From a virus (lineage: Duplodnaviria; Caudoviricetes), in IMG/VR virus record IMGVR_UViG_3300037483_000053, positions 1 through 39,342 of that record: a stretch of 39,342 nt of DNA; one strand, 5' to 3'. Below the pieces are notes generated by a model. The model ran no database searches and was not told where the DNA came from. It saw only the letters and a program-made list of their open reading frames with translations. This document shows positions 34,411-39,342 of the stretch, piece after piece (within the stretch, counting starts at the first letter, position 1; each line of letters starts with the position of its first letter). The translations under genes were made by a program, and so were the position numbers.

Positions 34411-34665
34411 AAATTTGCTTCTGTGTTCACAAAGCACACCAATCCAATCAACTCCGGTGAATTTATAGCTGAGAAATTCAACTAAATCATCAAATTCACA
34501 TTGGTTAACAAGCATGACAATCAATTCATAAATGAAAACAAACTCCAATTCTTGCGCTTGATTGATGTGTTGCAGGTGACAACAAATATTGGCCTTCCTT
34601 TTATGTCTAAATAATTCCCTCTAATTGGAATATTTCTGCTCATGACACTCTCCAGTTTATCAAAT

Positions 34666-37020
34666 TTAGTTCATTACATAGCAAGCGCGCTTCTTTCCAT
34701 CAACATCAATCTTCTTCAATTCAAGCCCATTTATCAAAACCCAATTGTTAATTGCTCTATTGATTGTCTCTGGATTATTGTACTTTGGATTCTTGGAAAA
34801 GAACTTATGGGCCTTGACTCTAGCATTGAAATGTGTTGCAACAATACCACCCACGGCGTGCCAAGGCTCATAATCATGACTGACTTTCTTCACGCAGCGT
34901 TCCCAAACCTCATTAATAGCAATTGTTTCAGCAGTTGCTTGTGATGTATTCAAGATATTATTGTACAAAAATCTGCGTATTTTCAGCTGATACTCCATGA
35001 ATGGTAGGATAAATTGCTCGAATTTGCCTCCATCAATCTCCAAAACAATGTCATTTAGCTTGCTTAAAACAATATCATCTACACTTTCACCATTGTAAAT
35101 TCGCCACATGTAACAGAAAGCAGCGATTTCAGTTGTCTGTTTCTCTGCGCTACCAATGATGCGTTTGATGAATTTGTACTCATCACGTGAAATATTATCA
35201 TTATTTACCAATGGCAATAGAGTTTCAGTCTCAAAGCGGTGTATGAACCCACCTGATTTTGAAGTTGAAACCTTGATTTGATATCCTTTGTGTGCGTGAA
35301 TGAACTTGAAAACAAAGCGCAGGAAGTCAACATATTCTGAATTTATCTTGATTTCCTTTGAGCTTAACTCAGTTGATGCTACTTCAGGGCGGTCAATATT
35401 GTCTGCATAGTAGTCAATCCGATTGCCAAGTCCAATATCAATCATACGCTGTGTAAGATTGCGTTCAATTGCCTCAGTCTGTTGAAGTCTTAGCATTGTG
35501 TAATTTGGATTATGCATGTCTTCAAATCGACTCTTACCAACAACCTTACCGCTGATATTGTGTCCATCCCATGCATTAATTTCAATGCGCATTACACCCT
35601 CTGTGTGAGGGTTATCAGCATTGGCAACCATATCCCAGTGACCGCTTGCCTCTGTATTAAGAATCAAGCCGCCATCTTTATTCTCTTCAAATCCAAGTGT
35701 CTTCAGATACGTTGTATCAGCAGTAACACTTTCATATATTGGAGAAAGCAATCTCAATCCAAGAGTATCAGATTCAGATTCACTATCCTTCAATTCACCT
35801 TTCATGTGAGTGAGAATGCGCTCAATTGGCTCACTGGTGTTACTATCCTTGCCAACACCAGAGGCAGAGATTATCTGCATATTCAAGTTGCACCCACGCC
35901 CACGGACTGTGCGGAAGATTGAGCCAAGCAATACAGAGTGATACGCGAAACAAGCTGGCACGTAAATCTCTTCAATCACTTGATATATTGCATCTTCAAA
36001 TGTCTTGAAAATGAGAGGCCATGGTTGTGGCCAATCTCTTACAAAACTTGTGTTGAAGTGTGGCAGTTCCTTCTTATCAGTTCCGCTGCCAGTGCTGTGG
36101 AATTTATAATAACGCTCACTGTTTATTTTCTTGATTGCTGATGCAGCTGATTGAGCGTGATGGTCATATGAGCTTTCAGTGAATATTGCGCATAGTATTG
36201 CAATGATTTCATCAAGCGGCACATTGTAATTGGCCAACTTCATTGCTGTACGTGAGCTTGGTCCGTGCCGGTGACCTGCTTGATAGTCTGCGATTAACTC
36301 TGCCATTGTCTTGGTCAGCGTCTCGCTCTCGTTTATAGCCTTCTCGCGGGTATCGGTCTCCCATCCTTCTATAGAATCGGCGGGAGGGAAGGCGGAAATA
36401 ATGTCAACCCAGTCATAAACAGTGCCATTGCCCATAAATACCACAAGGTGTGGGTTTTCAGGGTCTTTCATGTGATAAAAGCCAGGCAGGCGCAGAACAC
36501 GCGCCAAATCCTTAGCATTGTTATCACAGTCATACTTGGTTACTAGAGTTGACATGACTCCTTCCCACTGAATCTTGTTCATCTCAGTGGGCTTAATATC
36601 AGTCAACCAGTAATAGTGGAATTTGCCAGGGCTGGAATTTACAATGAAGCTAGGCTCAATTGGCCAGTCATTCCGTGGGGTGTCGCGCTTATTGTCATCC
36701 TCAACCCACACAGAGCGGATGCGCGTGATCATATTGATGGTGCGCTTGTGAGCTGGATCAAGAGCTTGATCCAATTCATTCACTGCGAAGAAGCAACCCC
36801 ATGCATCATTATTGTGGTTCTTCAACCACTTTACAATGGATTCATCAAAGTTACCAGTCTTGTGCCAAATCTTCCCATATTTCTTTACTGTTGCTATGTC
36901 CTTGGTTCCTCTGCCGTCATCCTTGGCTTGAAATATGAAAGGGAGATTTGATGGAAAAGCTGAAAGGAATCTGTTTGTGTCATTGCTGAAACTGTTATTA
37001 TCATTCAGGCTTGAATTCAT
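34666..37020 (-). CDS. primase-helicase: RepB-like primase N-terminus plus P-loop (DUF3987-like) C-terminus
   Basis: FFAVN, R.VWVEDD, SSPGKFH.YW, KD.ARVLRLPG..H.K, Walker A ASGVGKD. Confidence 0.85.
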   Translation of the reverse strand: MNSSLNDNNSFSNDTNRFLSAFPSNLPFIFQAKDDGRGTKDIATVKKYGKIWHKTGNFDESIVKWLKNHNNDAWGCFFAVNELDQALDPAHKRTINMITRIRSVWVEDDNKRDTPRNDWPIEPSFIVNSSPGKFHYYWLTDIKPTEMNKIQWEGVMSTLVTKYDCDNNAKDLARVLRLPGFYHMKDPENPHLVVFMGNGTVYDWVDIISAFPPADSIEGWETDTREKAINESETLTKTMAELIADYQAGHRHGPSSRTAMKLANYNVPLDEIIAILCAIFTESSYDHHAQSAASAIKKINSERYYKFHSTGSGTDKKELPHFNTSFVRDWPQPWPLIFKTFEDAIYQVIEEIYVPACFAYHSVLLGSIFRTVRGRGCNLNMQIISASGVGKDSNTSEPIERILTHMKGELKDSESESDTLGLRLLSPIYESVTADTTYLKTLGFEENKDGGLILNTEASGHWDMVANADNPHTEGVMRIEINAWDGHNISGKVVGKSRFEDMHNPNYTMLRLQQTEAIERNLTQRMIDIGLGNRIDYYADNIDRPEVASTELSSKEIKINSEYVDFLRFVFKFIHAHKGYQIKVSTSKSGGFIHRFETETLLPLVNNDNISRDEYKFIKRIIGSAEKQTTEIAAFCYMWRIYNGESVDDIVLSKLNDIVLEIDGGKFEQFILPFMEYQLKIRRFLYNNILNTSQATAETIAINEVWERCVKKVSHDYEPWHAVGGIVATHFNARVKAHKFFSKNPKYNNPETINRAINNWVLINGLELKKIDVDGKKRACYVMN

Positions 37021-37202
37021 TATAACTGCCCTAGTTTATGTTGTTTTCAACAGGTAATAAGGTCTATAGAGTACGCCTAGAGGGTAGTTGATAGGAAGTA
37101 TCTTAGATTTTCCGCCCTATTTACCTCAACTAAAAATAGGGTAAAGATAACTACAACAGTAGCAATCATGGCGTTAGAGTAACAGTAAACTGGAGAATAA
37201 AG
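37021..37202. promoter_or_regulatory. divergent control region (TG/CA-poor) with an operator-like inverted repeat
   Basis: Strand switch point; CCCTATTT (37115-37122) / AAATAGGG (37134-37141). Confidence 0.5.
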
Positions 37203-37730
37203 ATGAATGAAGTAAAACAAAAGAAGTTGCAACATGAAATAGATGTGATGCAAGGTGTCCTGATGGAGCCGTCGCTGGTTAAAACTCAAATTATTGAGGG
37301 TGTTTTCCTTGATTGTGTGGTAGCGGAGGCAGAGGGATGGAATATTCAAATCATCCCGTTAGTTGAGTGTGGCAACCCGCAAGTCCTCCGCAGAGACGTC
37401 AAGGAAGACACCCTGACTCTAATACACCACTGGCCCCACGGGTGGTCATTGGGAGAGTACGGTGGCTGGGAAGACGGTATTGCATGGAATAGGGTCAGAT
37501 ACAGGCCGTCTTGTGATTGGTCCCAAGGCGGGCCGATTATTGAGCGTGAAGAAATGCGTCTTCGGCCTGATTGTCATGACACCAATAAATGGGGAGCTGC
37601 AAAATATTGGCCTGATGGTAGATCAGAGTGGTGGTTTGGAAATACAATTCTTGTGGCCGCGATGCGCTGCTACGTTGCCAGCAAATTTGGTGATGAGATT
37701 GAAATTCCAAAATATGTGACATGCTGTTGA
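37203..37730 (+). CDS. NinX/DUF2591-like phage protein
   Basis: LD..VA.AEG, Y.PS.DWSQGGPIIERE, L.AAMRCYVASK.GDE.EIP. Confidence 0.75.
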   Translation: MNEVKQKKLQHEIDVMQGVLMEPSLVKTQIIEGVFLDCVVAEAEGWNIQIIPLVECGNPQVLRRDVKEDTLTLIHHWPHGWSLGEYGGWEDGIAWNRVRYRPSCDWSQGGPIIEREEMRLRPDCHDTNKWGAAKYWPDGRSEWWFGNTILVAAMRCYVASKFGDEIEIPKYVTCC

Positions 37731-37773
37731 TGTGATAATTGATTGGTATTATTGTAATATAAGGAGATTAAGA

Positions 37774-38016
37774 ATGAATTTTGAAATCGAAACATCTGAA
37801 GTAATTGCACTTGTGCTTATTGTATTCATGATTGCATACATGTGCGTGATATACATTAAGAAAATTCTTGATGATGAATTTGACAATGATGATTGGAACC
37901 CTGAGTGTTATTCCAAATGGGATATCAAATCTGAAGGGTCACGCAATTGCCATTACTGCGACGTGATGTTTACTTGCATTAAACAAACGAATATTAATAA
38001 TATTCATATCAAGTGA
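37774..38016 (+). CDS. small single-TM protein with a CxxC motif
   Basis: AAGGAG RBS before ATG at 37774. Confidence 0.6.
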   Translation: MNFEIETSEVIALVLIVFMIAYMCVIYIKKILDDEFDNDDWNPECYSKWDIKSEGSRNCHYCDVMFTCIKQTNINNIHIK

Positions 38017-38029
38017 ATTTGGAGGGGGC

Positions 38030-38206
38030 ATGCCTACTGTAAGCGAATTGATTGCTGACCTTGTTGAACAAGGCACTCCACATAAAGAAGCAGCGCGACA
38101 GACAAGGGAAAAATTGGCTCAAATCAAAAAGAAAAAAGAAGAAAATGATGCAGCATACCGTAACAATCGCTTGCTTAAAGGCGTGCGCATCTGGATGGAA
38201 GTTTGA
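38030..38206 (+). CDS. 58-aa basic hypothetical protein (not in ORF track)
   Basis: GGAGG RBS; MPTVSELIADLVEQG...GVRIWMEV*. Confidence 0.6.
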   Translation: MPTVSELIADLVEQGTPHKEAARQTREKLAQIKKKKEENDAAYRNNRLLKGVRIWMEV

Positions 38207-38354
38207 CTTGGCAATAAACTGGAGAATGTAATGAAAAATTTAATGCGTGATATCATAAATGATCCGATTGCATGGGCATGACTTCAACTGGCCAATATGG
38301 AGCAATAACCACAATACATACCGTGCCAAGTAAGACTGCATACCTATGTGATGA

Positions 38355-38388
38355 TGGCGTTACTTACTGGCGTTACTTACTGGCGTTA
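38355..38388 (+). repeat. 13-bp tandem repeat, 2.6 copies
   Basis: TGGCGTTACTTAC x2 plus TGGCGTTA. Confidence 0.9.
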
Positions 38389-38398
38389 AGGAGTCATT

Positions 38399-38770
38399 AT
38401 GACTATCACAGAATTTATCAGGCGTAAGAATGAAATCATTGAAAGAGCAACTGGTATAATTCTTGTACCAGAAGATCAGATTGTAGAAGTGCAAATGCCA
38501 ATTCAACTTTCAATGGCAGGTGATGCAGCAGCCTGCCCATATTGCCACCTCTATTTGTTGAAAAAGCGTGAATGCATTGGCTGTCCAATGTCAAAAGCAA
38601 GCAATCAGTGTGAATTTGACGGTGATAACACATATGATAAAGTTTATAGTGCACTTGGAACAAATATAACAAGTCCAATTAGTGAAGTTCACGGTGAACT
38701 AGCTGCATTGATTTATCAGTTTAATTCAGAGTTGCTGGCTGAGAGAGGCTGGGTGGGATGCAGCAATTGA
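38399..38770 (+). CDS. Cys-rich hypothetical protein
   Basis: AAGGAG RBS; CPYC...C.GCP...C. Confidence 0.7.
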   Translation: MTITEFIRRKNEIIERATGIILVPEDQIVEVQMPIQLSMAGDAAACPYCHLYLLKKRECIGCPMSKASNQCEFDGDNTYDKVYSALGTNITSPISEVHGELAALIYQFNSELLAERGWVGCSN

Positions 38771-38827
38771 TGAGGTTGAGGAGCGCCTGCTTTCACTGCA
38801 AAAATCAAGTGGAATAAAAGGAGCACA

Positions 38828-38974
38828 ATGATGTCAACTCTTATTAAAAACATAATCAACATAAATGATGAAGGTGTTTCTTTTGAATTGACTGAGGCGG
38901 CTGCATTAAACGGTCATTTAAAAGCAAGGCATTGGTTTTGTCAGAACATAGAGGAGTTATTAGATGGAAAATAA
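38828..38974 (+). CDS. 48-aa hypothetical protein
   Basis: AAGGAG RBS; overlaps the next start. Confidence 0.45.
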   Translation: MMSTLIKNIININDEGVSFELTEAAALNGHLKARHWFCQNIEELLDGK

Positions 38975-39342
38975 AACTGAACAACTTATCAATGGTGTAT
39001 CAGTAAATAAGCTGAAGAAATGGCGTGAAATGAGTGATCAACTCAAGTCAATCAAAGAAGAAGAAATGCAGTTGAGGAAAGAGATAATCAATGAACTTGG
39101 TGTTGCTCTTCGCACTCCATTCAAGATCAAGAATGATGACATCAACATCAAGGCAAAACGCTCTGTTGAAATGAAGGTTGATGATAAAGATTCTCTCCGT
39201 GATGATTATGAAGGTATGCCTCCTGAAATTCAAGCTTGCTTCCCTATCAGCTATGGATTCTCAAAGACTGCATACAACTCTCTGGATGCTGAAGGTAAGT
39301 CAACTGTTCATGAGTATGTAATTGAGAAGGAAGGTGCTCCTA
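38964..39342 (+). CDS. replication-module hypothetical protein, runs off the window end (not in ORF track)
   Basis: GAGGAG RBS; open frame MENKTEQ...W......L...KEEEM.LRKEI...K.AY..L....K....E....KEGAP. Confidence 0.7.
   Translation, partial: MENKTEQLINGVSVNKLKKWREMSDQLKSIKEEEMQLRKEIINELGVALRTPFKIKNDDINIKAKRSVEMKVDDKDSLRDDYEGMPPEIQACFPISYGFSKTAYNSLDAEGKSTVHEYVIEKEGAP

Noticed and set aside
1-39342. tRNA genes, integrase/repressor, introns or inteins, diversity-generating retroelement
   Set aside because: None recognised by eye; DnaE, TerL and helicase are uninterrupted and no reverse transcriptase is present. tRNAscan-SE and Infernal were not run.

Overview
Most of the genome of a tailed dsDNA phage, apparently a siphovirus of a Gram-negative host (two-component spanin, lipoproteins) and apparently lytic (no integrase or repressor seen). 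The + strand (1-12.0 kb and 37.2-39.3 kb) carries early, replication and nucleotide-metabolism genes: SF2 helicase, a flavoprotein-ThyX-methyltransferase-pyrophosphatase cluster, DnaQ, DnaE, ATP-dependent ligase and dUTPase. The - strand (37.0-12.2 kb) carries a RepB-type primase/helicase, a probable origin, small accessory genes, terminase, portal, head, tail and lysis genes. The most unusual signal is compositional. Bulk phage DNA looks rich in TpG/CpA, but about a dozen islands of 40-130 bp are almost free of it and carry phased CTAG/TA and CG steps instead. Most islands are intergenic; some are written into genes by synonymous codon choice. Together with an operon containing a ThyX with a non-canonical motif, this suggests an uncharacterised, context-specific DNA base-modification system with deliberately unmodified cis-elements. 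That interpretation is inference. All counts were made by eye and no searches were run.
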